The notes under the pieces: model-generated | Told to the model about the DNA's origin: nothing | Database searches by the model: none | The model's input: the letters and a program-made list of their open reading frames with translations, nothing else | NCBI GenBank assembly: GCA_965223845.1 | Contig: CBDCXR010000004.1 | Span: forward strand, 6,400,001 to 6,464,000 | DNA: 64,000 nt | Origin: Planctomycetota bacterium | Lineage (GTDB): Bacteria; Planctomycetota; UBA8108; SXIK01 | Reading direction: 5' to 3' | Shown: positions 45,955 through 54,925 of the stretch, in pieces | Layout of the letters: every line of letters begins with the position of its first letter | How positions within the stretch are numbered: position 1 is the stretch's first letter | Translations under genes and position numbers: made by a program

Positions 45955-48477
45955 GTGAGTGCCGCGATACTCGGAGTCGGTGCGCGAAGGAAGCGAAACC
46001 CTTCGTTATCTCCGAGCGCCGCGGTGGTGCTCGTCTCGATCGCATTCTCGCGGGGACCTCTTGCCGCGGACGAGAGCGCGATCGAGCGCTACGAACAGTA
46101 CGCTCTCACCCACACGGGCGATTCCGAACGTGGAAGGGCCATTTTTCGTGACGAAAAACGGACGCGCTGCATCGCTTGCCATCGCACGGGAGAGGAAGGC
46201 GGCGAGCTCGGACCCGATCTCTCTCGCATCGGTGGGAAGTTCGATCGTCCGCATCTCATCGAATCGCTCCTCGAGCCATCGCGGCAGATCGTCGAGGGGT
46301 ATCGCGCTACGACCGTCGTCACGAACGAAGGCGAGGCGATCACGGGCGTTCTCAGGGATGACTCAAACGAGAACCTCACTCTCGTCGACGCCGAGCTGAA
46401 GACACACGTCATTCCGAGTCCGCGCATCCGAACGCGGGAGATGAGCGAGATTTCGCTGATGCCGGCGGGGATCACCGAGACGCTCAGCTCGGCCGAGCTC
46501 ACAGATCTCGTCGCTTATCTGGAGACGCTTCGTCCCGGCGGCAAGGAGAAGTTCGGCGGTGGCGTGGTCGGTCCCGTTCGTTTGCCCGACGGATTTCGCA
46601 TCCGAACCGTAGCGACCGGACTCACCGGTGCGACTGCCCTCGAAACGACGCGCGACGGCCGCGTCTTCGTTTGCGAGCAGACCGGAGCGCTTCGGGTCGT
46701 CAAGCACGGTCGCCTCCTCGACGAGCCGTTCGTGACGCTCCCAGTCGAGGCGAACTGGGAGCGCGGGCTCATCGGCGTGACCGTCGCCCCCGATTTCCCC
46801 GCGGCGCCGTACGTCTACGTCTGCTACGTCGCGGGCGAGCCCTTCACGCATCATCGAGTGAGCCGATTCACCGCGAAGGGCGATGTTGCCGCGCCGGGAA
46901 GTGAAGAGATCATTCTCGTCGGCGACGACCAGAAGAAGCTCGGTGGGAACGTCCCGGCCGGTCACCAAGGAGGCGCGCTCCACTTCGGGAACGACGGCTG
47001 TCTTTACGTGGGGATCGGTGAACAGACGGCCGGAGCTCCGGCGCAGAAACTCGGTTCGCTTCTGGGGAAGATCCTCCGCATTCACCCCGATGGCGCCATC
47101 CCCGAGGACAACCCGTTCACGAGTGCAACGACCGGGAAGTACCGCGCCATCTGGGCGCGAGGATGCCGGAATCCGTTCACGTTTTCGTTTCGCGATCGTG
47201 ACGGTCTTCTTCTTATCAACGACGTCGGCGGGAGGTTCGAAGAGATCAATCGCGGTGTCGCGGGCGCGAACTACGGCTGGCCCGTCGTCGATCACGGTCC
47301 GGTTGGCGACGAACGATTTCAGGGTCCCGAGCACATCTACAAGCAGGCGTCCATCTCGGGTGGGGACTTCCTCCGCGCAGAGTCGTCGTGGCCGAAAGAG
47401 TTCCGCGATCGCTATTTCTTCGCCGACTTCGTTCACGGCTGGGTCAAGACCGTGGATCCGAACGAGCCGCAGGTCGCGTCGACATTCGCGAGTGGACTCC
47501 GCCGCCCAGTCGATCTACGTTTCTCGAGCGAAGACGTCCTCTATGTCCTCCTGCGAAACGCATGGGTGATCGATCGCAAGTTCGAACCGGGGACGGGGAG
47601 TCTTCTCGCGATCGAACGAAGCGCGACCGAGAGCTCGCCGAGCGCGGAGGTCGACGCGGGTTCGAGGATCCGATTCACGGAAAACGCCGTCGACGCATCG
47701 GCTGGCAACCTGGCGTGCTACCGCATCGAAACTCGATCGGCGACGTATTACCTCGAGAAGACCGGAGCCGGGCTTTCGAGTCTCCTCGATCGGGACGGCA
47801 ACGACTGGCTCGGCTTTCGGCCGGACCCCGGGAGCGGTGCGAGCGGGGAGTACCGCGGGTTTCCGAACGCGGTCCACAAGCAGGGGGGAAGCTACTTTCA
47901 TCCGCGCAATCGCGCGACCGATCCGAGCACGACGAGGGTCGAGTACGTCGGGCCGGAGCGCGTGACGATCTCCGCCACCGCGGACCGTGGGCATTGGGCC
48001 GGCCGCTTCGATTTCTACGCAGACCGCTGCACATTCACGATGACGAAAATGCCCGCGGAAAAGAAATACTGGGTGCTCTACGAAGGTACACCCGGGGGCG
48101 AGTACGACGACGAGGATTGGTGGCTGGCATCGGGGTCGGAGAATCGACACGCCCTCACCGAGCGACGCCGCGGAGACCTCCCGTCGCCCGAGTGGATCGC
48201 ATTTGGTGATCGCGCTCTCGAGCGGACGCTCGTCCTCGTTCACCACGAGGACGACGAGCACCCGGATACGTTCTACGCAATGCAGAAGAAAATGACCGTG
48301 TTCGGTTTCGGTCGAGAGGGAATCGAGAAGTTCATCGATCGAGTTCCCCAGAGCTTTTCGATCGCGTTCAGCGAAAGCCCGGAACCGGCGGCGATCGATC
48401 GAGTGGCGGCCGCGCTGCTCGAACCCTCCCGCGCGGAGATTCGCATCGAAGAGTCTGACCGCGTAGACACCGAGTGA
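45955..48477 (+). CDS. Cytochrome c (PVC-type heme-binding) + PQQ-dependent sugar dehydrogenase (GSDH) beta-propeller + unknown C-terminal domain
   Basis: GDSERGRAIF, CIACH, GPDLSRIG, SLMPAG; ERGLIGV, HQGGALHFG.DG.LY, GKILRI.PDG.IP.DNPF, GCRNP, GANYGWP. Confidence 0.85.
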   Translation: MSAAILGVGARRKRNPSLSPSAAVVLVSIAFSRGPLAADESAIERYEQYALTHTGDSERGRAIFRDEKRTRCIACHRTGEEGGELGPDLSRIGGKFDRPHLIESLLEPSRQIVEGYRATTVVTNEGEAITGVLRDDSNENLTLVDAELKTHVIPSPRIRTREMSEISLMPAGITETLSSAELTDLVAYLETLRPGGKEKFGGGVVGPVRLPDGFRIRTVATGLTGATALETTRDGRVFVCEQTGALRVVKHGRLLDEPFVTLPVEANWERGLIGVTVAPDFPAAPYVYVCYVAGEPFTHHRVSRFTAKGDVAAPGSEEIILVGDDQKKLGGNVPAGHQGGALHFGNDGCLYVGIGEQTAGAPAQKLGSLLGKILRIHPDGAIPEDNPFTSATTGKYRAIWARGCRNPFTFSFRDRDGLLLINDVGGRFEEINRGVAGANYGWPVVDHGPVGDERFQGPEHIYKQASISGGDFLRAESSWPKEFRDRYFFADFVHGWVKTVDPNEPQVASTFASGLRRPVDLRFSSEDVLYVLLRNAWVIDRKFEPGTGSLLAIERSATESSPSAEVDAGSRIRFTENAVDASAGNLACYRIETRSATYYLEKTGAGLSSLLDRDGNDWLGFRPDPGSGASGEYRGFPNAVHKQGGSYFHPRNRATDPSTTRVEYVGPERVTISATADRGHWAGRFDFYADRCTFTMTKMPAEKKYWVLYEGTPGGEYDDEDWWLASGSENRHALTERRRGDLPSPEWIAFGDRALERTLVLVHHEDDEHPDTFYAMQKKMTVFGFGREGIEKFIDRVPQSFSIAFSESPEPAAIDRVAAALLEPSRAEIRIEESDRVDTE

Positions 48478-48499
48478 CGAGACACGAGAGGACGCGTTC

Positions 48500-50053
48500 G
48501 TGCCGCTTCTAAGCTTAGGCTTCGTATTGGTTCTCTTGGCGATCGACGCGGACGTTCGAGCGTTTCAGCATCAACGCGTCCACCCCGTCCTCGTTCGAAA
48601 TGAGCACAATCCACTGCTCAGAATAGAGATCGAGTGCGCGCGAAAGAGTGTATTCCTCGAGTCCGTGACGTTCTCTCTCACCGGGACGGACGATCTCCGC
48701 GATTTTGAGAGCTTGTCTCTCTTCTCGACGGAGGACAAAGGCGCGTTTTCGACCGGGGCTCGAATCGGTGATGCACTCGCGCCCGCGAAATCCATCACCT
48801 TTCGAGGACACCTCCGCCTCCGGAAAGGGACGAACGTCCTTTGGCTCTCGTGTCGTCTGAACTCGAGTGCCCGTCTCGGTCGCTACGTCGACGCGACGTG
48901 CACTGAGATCAAGACGAACGCCGGTGCGGTCGCTCCGGTAGACCGCTCTCCCGGTGTCCGAAAGCGCATCGGAGTTGCGCTCCGCCGTCACTGGGACGAC
49001 GGCGTGCACACCTACCGCATCCCGGCACTCGCGACGACTCCACGTGGTACCCTTCTCTGCGTCTTCGACGCGCGCCGGCGAAAGTCACGAGATCTCCAGG
49101 AGGACATCGACATCGGGATCGTCCGCAGCGTGGACGGAGGAGAGACGTGGACGCCGATGCAGATCGTCATGGATATGGGCGAGTACGGGAACCTCCCCGA
49201 GGAGCAAAACGGCTGCAGCGACCCCGGGACCGTCGTCGACCCGAAAACGGGAGAGATCTTCGTCTTCGCCGTGTGGACGTGGGGTCGTCCCGGCACGCAC
49301 CAGTGGAGATCGGGCGGCTCCGAACCGGGCTTCGAGATCGGCAAGACCGCGCAGTTCATGATGGTGCGCTCGCGCGACGAGGGAGAGACCTGGAGTGAAC
49401 CGGAGAATCTGACGCGACGCATCAAGAAGAAAGAGTGGATCCTTCTCGTTCCGTCGCCGCAGCAGGGAATCGCACTCGCCGATGGCACTCTCGTCGTGCC
49501 GGTCGGAGGGCGCGACGCGCGGGACACGCGGTTCTCGACCGTGATGCTGAGTCGCGATCACGGGAAGAGCTGGGAAGTGCGGACGCCCTACGCGCACGAG
49601 AACACCGAGAGCCAAGCCGTGATGCTTGGCGACGGCCGGCTGATGCTCAACTGCCGCTCGAGAACGACGAAGTTCCGCGCAGTCATCGTCTCATCCGACC
49701 TCGGCGGAACGTGGACGGAACACCCGACGAATCGAAAGGTACTCATCGAACCGCACTGTAACGGCAGTCTCTATCGATTCGAGTACCAGCGCGAAGGGAA
49801 AGAGCGTCATGTCCTTCTCTTCGCGAACCCACACTCACAGACGGGTCGCGATCACCACTCGATTCAGGTGAGTTTCGACGACGGCGAGACGTGGCCCAAG
49901 GAGCACCGTCTCCTTCTCGACGAAGGGCGCGGGAAGGGCTACCCGAGCCTGAGTCGCGTGGACGAGCGCCATGTCGGTATCGTCTACGAAGGGAGTCAGG
50001 CGCATCTGGTGTTCGAGCGAATCGCGATCGAGGAGCTGGTGGAGGAGCGGTAA
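48500..50053 (+). CDS. Sialidase / exo-alpha-sialidase (GH33) with N-terminal BNR-associated domain
   Basis: YRIP motif; Asp boxes SVDGGETW, SRDEGETW, SRDHGKSW, SSDLGGTW, SFDDGETW; C-terminal GYPSL...IVYE. Confidence 0.92.
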   Translation: MPLLSLGFVLVLLAIDADVRAFQHQRVHPVLVRNEHNPLLRIEIECARKSVFLESVTFSLTGTDDLRDFESLSLFSTEDKGAFSTGARIGDALAPAKSITFRGHLRLRKGTNVLWLSCRLNSSARLGRYVDATCTEIKTNAGAVAPVDRSPGVRKRIGVALRRHWDDGVHTYRIPALATTPRGTLLCVFDARRRKSRDLQEDIDIGIVRSVDGGETWTPMQIVMDMGEYGNLPEEQNGCSDPGTVVDPKTGEIFVFAVWTWGRPGTHQWRSGGSEPGFEIGKTAQFMMVRSRDEGETWSEPENLTRRIKKKEWILLVPSPQQGIALADGTLVVPVGGRDARDTRFSTVMLSRDHGKSWEVRTPYAHENTESQAVMLGDGRLMLNCRSRTTKFRAVIVSSDLGGTWTEHPTNRKVLIEPHCNGSLYRFEYQREGKERHVLLFANPHSQTGRDHHSIQVSFDDGETWPKEHRLLLDEGRGKGYPSLSRVDERHVGIVYEGSQAHLVFERIAIEELVEER

Positions 50054-50265
50054 GAGCTGCCGTCGGAGTCTCGGCGATCGGCGGGAATCGGGAGACTCCG
50101 GACTCGAATGACGCGCGAGTGTTCGGGAGGGGCGAACCATCGCGCCAGTGTCGCCAGGCCTGCTCTCCGTATTCTCATGGAGAGCCGACTGGTCGCGATT
50201 CTGGTACTCGTCCGAGCCGGGGATTTCGGACGCGGCGAAGACCGAGTGAATCTTGAAGCGATCTC

Positions 50266-51525
50266 TCAGGCGCTCTCAGACGTCTCGTCTCTCGCGATCT
50301 CGCATTCGTAGAGACTCCCGCGTCGAAGCCTCCCGACGGCGAAGCTCAAGCTTCCCACCGTGTGCTTCGCGCCGACTTGAAACGGACCGTCGATCCTCTC
50401 CTCTAGCCACACGGACAGGGGCTGCTCGGGCTCTCCTTCGAACGACTCGACCGAGACCCCCAACTCAGCGCAGAGCTGGCCCAGATGGACTCCCCCGCCG
50501 GCAATCCAGCGGTCGTCGCCGGCGCGCCGGAGGCCCCGCGGCAGGCCGTCGAATTCGTCTCGAATGTCGCCCAGGAGCTCCTCGACGACGTCCTCGAGCG
50601 TGACGAGCCCGGTCGTCCTACCGTCCTTCGACTTGACGATGGCTATGTGCATGCGTTCGCGTACGAAGGAGGCCATCACGTCGGCCGCGCTGTCGTCTTC
50701 GGAAACCGTGATGATCGAGCGCAGCGGTAGCGGTGTCTCGGAGCCCCGCGTCGAGTCGGTCGAGAGGAGGAGCATCTCCTTCACGTTGACGTACCCGATC
50801 ACGTGGTGGACATCGCCGTCCTTGCAAACCGGAAAGCGCGTGTGCAGATGTCGCCGCGCGTAACCGATCGCTTCCTCGAGAGTCTGGTTCGAGTCGAGGA
50901 AAGCGATTTCATCGAGCGGTATCCGGATGTCCTTCGCGGTGAATTCCGAGAGCTGCGGCGCTCGCTTGATGATCCGTTCCTGTTGAGGTCCGATCTCCCG
51001 CGACAGGCGAGCCAGGCCCGCGAGAGCGGCGATTTCTTCGACCGTCGCGGCGCCTTCGTTCTCGTCATCGCGGCGTCGCTCGAACGGGCGGTTGATCAGG
51101 TGAATGAACCACAATACGGGCTGCAAGGCGACCGCTGAGACTTGCAGCGGTCGCGCGATCACAAGCGCTAGGCCCCGATTGAATCGCACGCCGAGCGACT
51201 TGGCCAGGATCTCGGTGAACTGCAGCATCACGAACGTGAAGATCGCGGCGAAGAGCCAGAGATACTCCTCGCCGAAGACCTTTCCGAACTGAGCTCCAGC
51301 GATGGAGGCGCCGACCGTGTGCGCCGCCGTGTTGAGGAGAAGAATCACCGCGATGGGACGCTCCACGTGGCTCTTGAAGCCCTGCCAGATCCGCCCAATG
51401 CGAGGCCTTCGCTCGGACAAGCTCGCTACTTGAGCCGGCGTCAAAGACAAAAGCGTCGCCTCCATGAGCGAGCAGATCGCCGAGATGACAAGTGCGATCA
51501 GGACGCCCACAACGAAGAGTGTCAT
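50266..51525 (-). CDS. CNNM/HlyC/CorC family transporter (DUF21 + CBS pair)
   Basis: ISAICSLMEATLLS, ILLLNTAAHTVG, FTEILAK, HTRFPV, GLVTLEDVVEELLGDIRDE. Confidence 0.92.
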   Translation of the reverse strand: MTLFVVGVLIALVISAICSLMEATLLSLTPAQVASLSERRPRIGRIWQGFKSHVERPIAVILLLNTAAHTVGASIAGAQFGKVFGEEYLWLFAAIFTFVMLQFTEILAKSLGVRFNRGLALVIARPLQVSAVALQPVLWFIHLINRPFERRRDDENEGAATVEEIAALAGLARLSREIGPQQERIIKRAPQLSEFTAKDIRIPLDEIAFLDSNQTLEEAIGYARRHLHTRFPVCKDGDVHHVIGYVNVKEMLLLSTDSTRGSETPLPLRSIITVSEDDSAADVMASFVRERMHIAIVKSKDGRTTGLVTLEDVVEELLGDIRDEFDGLPRGLRRAGDDRWIAGGGVHLGQLCAELGVSVESFEGEPEQPLSVWLEERIDGPFQVGAKHTVGSLSFAVGRLRRGSLYECEIARDETSESA

Positions 51526-51993
51526 CGAGTGTTCCTCCGGGCTCTTCTTCTTCGTGCGTTCGAGTACGGGGTCGGGACGGTTGGAGCCGTCGACGCGATT
51601 CGTCAGCGCTTCTACGCTATCTCCGCCGAGCGGCGATTCAAGCTCCCTGCTCTCGTCGCGCGTTCGAAGAAAACCGAGGCGCTTCTCCCCGCTGAGTCTT
51701 ACGTTCGCGCTCCGCTCGTTGCGGGTCTCGATGGAATCGCTCGACTCTCCTTCACGCCGCGTCGGATCCCGGGCGCGTGAGAGGCTGACGAGGCGATCGA
51801 GACCTGTCGTTCGCTACGACAACGTCCTGCGAGTGTTCGTCGTACCGCCGAGACCTGATCATCGGACGGATCGCTACCCTGATCCTCGGTGTGGCAGAAG
51901 CGAAACTCCGGTCAGTTCGGCGCCACCTTCTCGCCAGTTCACCGCCGACGGCGGCTTGCCCCTCGCTCACCGAACGAGAGGAGATCCTGGGCA

Positions 51994-53415
51994 TTAGGTG
52001 CGTTTCCAGGGCCCGGTGATCGCCAGCGTGTAACCAGGGACCTGAATGTTGAGGAAAAGCGTCATCGGCTCGCCCGGTCCGAAGCACGCTCCGCAGATCT
52101 CCATATCGCTAGTGTAGCGATTGCGCCCCAGGGTGTAGATCTCCCCCTTTCGCGTGACTCCACGCAAGTACTTCACGGGCGCCTCGTCCTCGCAAATGAT
52201 CAGGTCTCCCCAGGGCGCGACGGCGACATTGTCGCAGCGGTTTACGAGCTTCGTGTTGTTCGGTTCGAGGTAGAGCTGCAGACGACCCGGTTGGTCCTTC
52301 TCCTTCGCGGTGGCCTCGAATGGGCTCGGGAAGTAGCGGAAGATCTGTCCCTTGCGACCGATTCCACCGTCGGTGCAGGCGAAGTAAATCTCTTCGTTTC
52401 CGTACCAGATGCCCTCACCGCGCGCGAACACCGCGGCGCCGGCGTCCCGACCGCGCTTGCGCAGGTCGTCTTCGGGCGCCTCCACGTCGTCCATGTCCAT
52501 CCACTCGACATCGAGGCACTCTCCGACAGGAATCTTCGGCGCCCCGGTCGTCGGGAAGTTTCTCGTATCGCAGGACTTTCGATCGCGGACGACTAACGAC
52601 TGTAGTTTGCCGCCCGAGCGCAGATCGCCGCGTTTCTTCGGCAGGAATCTGTAGAGCAGACCGTCTTCACGATCCTCGGTCTGATAAACGACGCCACTCC
52701 TGGGCTCGACCGCAACCGCCTCGTGATTGAAGCGCCCCATCGCCTTGAGCGGAATCGGCTCGACGGGGCCGGTCGCCTGCACCGGAACTTCAAAGTTGTA
52801 GCCGTGGTCCTTCTCGCTCCAATTGAAGTTCTCCTCGCCCACCTTGAGCTCAGGCGTGCCCTTGTCAACAGTCTCCTCGCACGTGATCCAAGTGTTCCAG
52901 GGTGTCGGGCCGCCCGCGCAGTTGCGAGTTGTTCCCGCGAGACTGAGGAAGCTGCGCTCCACGGTTTGAGAGGCCAGGTCGTAGACGAGGGTCGTGGTGC
53001 CTCCAACATGCGGGAACTTGCCCTTGCCCAGATCGTAGACCTTGCTGCTATCCATTGTCGAAAACAGGTGATTGCCGATTCCCCACGGGCCCTTGAAGGT
53101 CTCTTCGGGCGTCAGCTCGTGATTGCGAATCAAGATCACTTTGCCCTTCGGACCCGCGAACGCCGCCATGCCGTCGGGCGCTGCGGGAGTGCGAAAGCCA
53201 TCGCTCATCGGGTCGCCGGCGCGAGAAATCACCTTGTAGGTAAATCCCTCGGGGAGATCGAATACATCGGCGGGATCGCGTTTGAGATCACCGTACACGT
53301 GCACTTCGTTCTGATAGTCCGCGGCCCGAACGAATCGGTTCAATCCCAGGAATCCGGCGCTGACTGCGGCAACGGACCTTAGCGCTTCTCGTCGGCTGAC
53401 GTTCATGATGCTCAA
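51994..53415 (-). CDS. phoX: PhoX-family (DUF839) alkaline phosphatase, Tat-exported
   Basis: SRREALR Tat motif; PDGMAAF, IRNHE, GTTRNCAGGPTPWNTWITCEE, MGRFNHEAVAV, RGEGIW, DNVAVAPWG, EICGACF. Confidence 0.88.
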   Translation of the reverse strand: MSIMNVSRREALRSVAAVSAGFLGLNRFVRAADYQNEVHVYGDLKRDPADVFDLPEGFTYKVISRAGDPMSDGFRTPAAPDGMAAFAGPKGKVILIRNHELTPEETFKGPWGIGNHLFSTMDSSKVYDLGKGKFPHVGGTTTLVYDLASQTVERSFLSLAGTTRNCAGGPTPWNTWITCEETVDKGTPELKVGEENFNWSEKDHGYNFEVPVQATGPVEPIPLKAMGRFNHEAVAVEPRSGVVYQTEDREDGLLYRFLPKKRGDLRSGGKLQSLVVRDRKSCDTRNFPTTGAPKIPVGECLDVEWMDMDDVEAPEDDLRKRGRDAGAAVFARGEGIWYGNEEIYFACTDGGIGRKGQIFRYFPSPFEATAKEKDQPGRLQLYLEPNNTKLVNRCDNVAVAPWGDLIICEDEAPVKYLRGVTRKGEIYTLGRNRYTSDMEICGACFGPGEPMTLFLNIQVPGYTLAITGPWKRT

Positions 53416-53538
53416 CTGAATCGTGACGAAAGTGAAAGAGTGGACGATGGATCGTTCGGGCAGCGGGAACCCTATCTACGCTGCCGGAGCGCGCTCTTTC
53501 GGTTGTACCCGGCACGTCGAATTCGGCGGGTTCTTTCG

Positions 53539-53555
53539 ATCAACTTTTGTGCCAA
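53539..53555 (-). promoter_or_regulatory. Possible sigma-54 promoter upstream of phoX
   Basis: Minus strand TTGGCACAAAAGTTGAT: TGGCAC-N5-TTG with GA instead of GC at -12. Confidence 0.4.
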
Positions 53556-53642
53556 GAGGGTGTCTTCGCTTCCGCCGGTGTGCGGCCCGTCCCCAGGCGA
53601 TCCCTCAGGGGCATTCGTTCTGGAATCCTCGGAACCGGTAAC

Positions 53643-54137
53643 CTACCCGTGGATGTGCGCTTGCACGAGTTCATTCTTGGCGAACACTTCCTCCTTGAGT
53701 CGCGTCTTGAACAAAGCGAGCTTCTCGGCAAGGGAGTCGTCAGCGAGTGAGAGAATCTGAAGAGCGAGAATGGCTGCGTTTCGCGCTCCGTCGATCGCAA
53801 CCGTCGCGACCGGAACACCCGGCGACATCTGAACCGTGGCGTGGAGCGCGTCCGTGCCCTGAAGAGCACCGCTCGAAAGGGGAACGCCGATCACCGGAAG
53901 AGTCGTCTTCGCGGCGATCGCCCCTCCGAGATGCGCGGCCATTCCCGCACCGCAGATAATCACGGAAAAGTGGTCTCTCGCTTCGGAGGCGAGAGCCATC
54001 GCTTCATCGGGTGCCCGGTGTACGGAGAGCACGCGTACTTCACAGTCGATTTCGAAATCCTGCAGTACCTGCACCGCTTCTTTCATCACGGGAAAGTCCG
54101 AGTCACTTCCCATCAGAATCAGCACCGGCTTTGGCAT
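53643..54137 (-). CDS. purE: N5-carboxyaminoimidazole ribonucleotide mutase
   Basis: ILMGSDSD, SVHRAP, GAGMAAHLGG, PVIGVP, TVQMSPGVPVATVAI, NAAILA; RBS ggagg before ATG 54137. Confidence 0.96.
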   Translation of the reverse strand: MPKPVLILMGSDSDFPVMKEAVQVLQDFEIDCEVRVLSVHRAPDEAMALASEARDHFSVIICGAGMAAHLGGAIAAKTTLPVIGVPLSSGALQGTDALHATVQMSPGVPVATVAIDGARNAAILALQILSLADDSLAEKLALFKTRLKEEVFAKNELVQAHIHG

Positions 54138-54290
54138 TCTTGCCCTCCTCCGTTCGGTGATCGCGAATTCGTCGGCTGCGGTCGCCGTGGTGAAGATTTC
54201 GCGGCCCGGATCTCGAGCCGCCTCGCGGCGCAAGAGACATCGAATCCTCCCGTAGTCGGCGACTCGGTGGCGGCCTCTCCGCCGGCACGT

Positions 54291-54644
54291 TCAGGCTCCG
54301 ATCGACGGGAGATCTTTGAAGCCGTCGGCCCGGCTTCGTCTTGTTCGGATCCGACGACAGTGTCTTGCGACCGCGCGTTTCGCTCGCTCCGCCACTAGGT
54401 CCGCTGCTTCCCGTATCGTGGCCGCCTCACTGGTGACGGCGATGGATTCCGCGCGCCTCACCTGAAGGATCAGGCGAGCCAACTTGTCGACGCCTCCTCG
54501 AGGGCCGTTGACGTCCTGGAAAGTGAGCGTGGCGCGGATCACACGATCAGCAAAACGACCGAGGGCGAAAGCGAGTCGCCTCTCGGCGTAGGTGCGATCA
54601 TCGGGTTCGAGTTCGAATCGACGGCTGGTGATGACGAGTTGCAT
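54291..54644 (-). CDS. HPF/RaiA family ribosome-associated protein
   Basis: YAERRLAFALGRF...DVNGPRGGVDK...AADLVAERAKRAV; RBS ggagg spaced to ATG 54644. Confidence 0.85.
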   Translation of the reverse strand: MQLVITSRRFELEPDDRTYAERRLAFALGRFADRVIRATLTFQDVNGPRGGVDKLARLILQVRRAESIAVTSEAATIREAADLVAERAKRAVARHCRRIRTRRSRADGFKDLPSIGA

Positions 54645-54735
54645 GAGGCTCATCCTCCGCTAGTGGTTTGGCCGTTTCCGTTCGAAGCCTAGCCCCGGAG
54701 CGAAGAATCGTCTAATACGAAAGAGCGACGAGTCG

Positions 54736-54752
54736 TATCGTAAAAACCGATA
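54736..54752. promoter_or_regulatory. LysR-type palindromic box TATCG-N7-CGATA
   Basis: tatcgtaaaaaccgata in an AT-rich patch about 90 bp upstream of the HPF-like gene, immediately followed by an overlapping divergent ATG. Confidence 0.5.
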
Positions 54753-54788
54753 TGAGCGAGGCGCGCGAGGGGCCAGCCAGCGCTCCAC

Positions 54789-54900
54789 TCACTGCTCCCG
54801 CGAGATCGCGCACGCGATCCCTCGGCCGTGGTCGTCGTCTAGATCCTGGTTGTTGCGATTGGTGCACCGCTGTCTAATGTTTCGGAAGGCGAGATACGCC
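54789..54900 (-). pseudogene. Fragment of a phage-type HNH/AP2-associated protein
   Basis: AYLAFRNIRQRCTNRNNQDLDDDHGRGIAC resembles the Y..W..M..RC.N.....Y..YGGRGI.VC motif; stops immediately afterwards. Confidence 0.5.
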
Positions 54901-54925
54901 GAAACGCGCTGCTCGGGAGACAGGT

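Noticed and set aside
50064-50100. Terminator after the sialidase (cggagtctc / gagactccg)
   Set aside because: 9-bp stem with a long loop and no U-tract on either strand.
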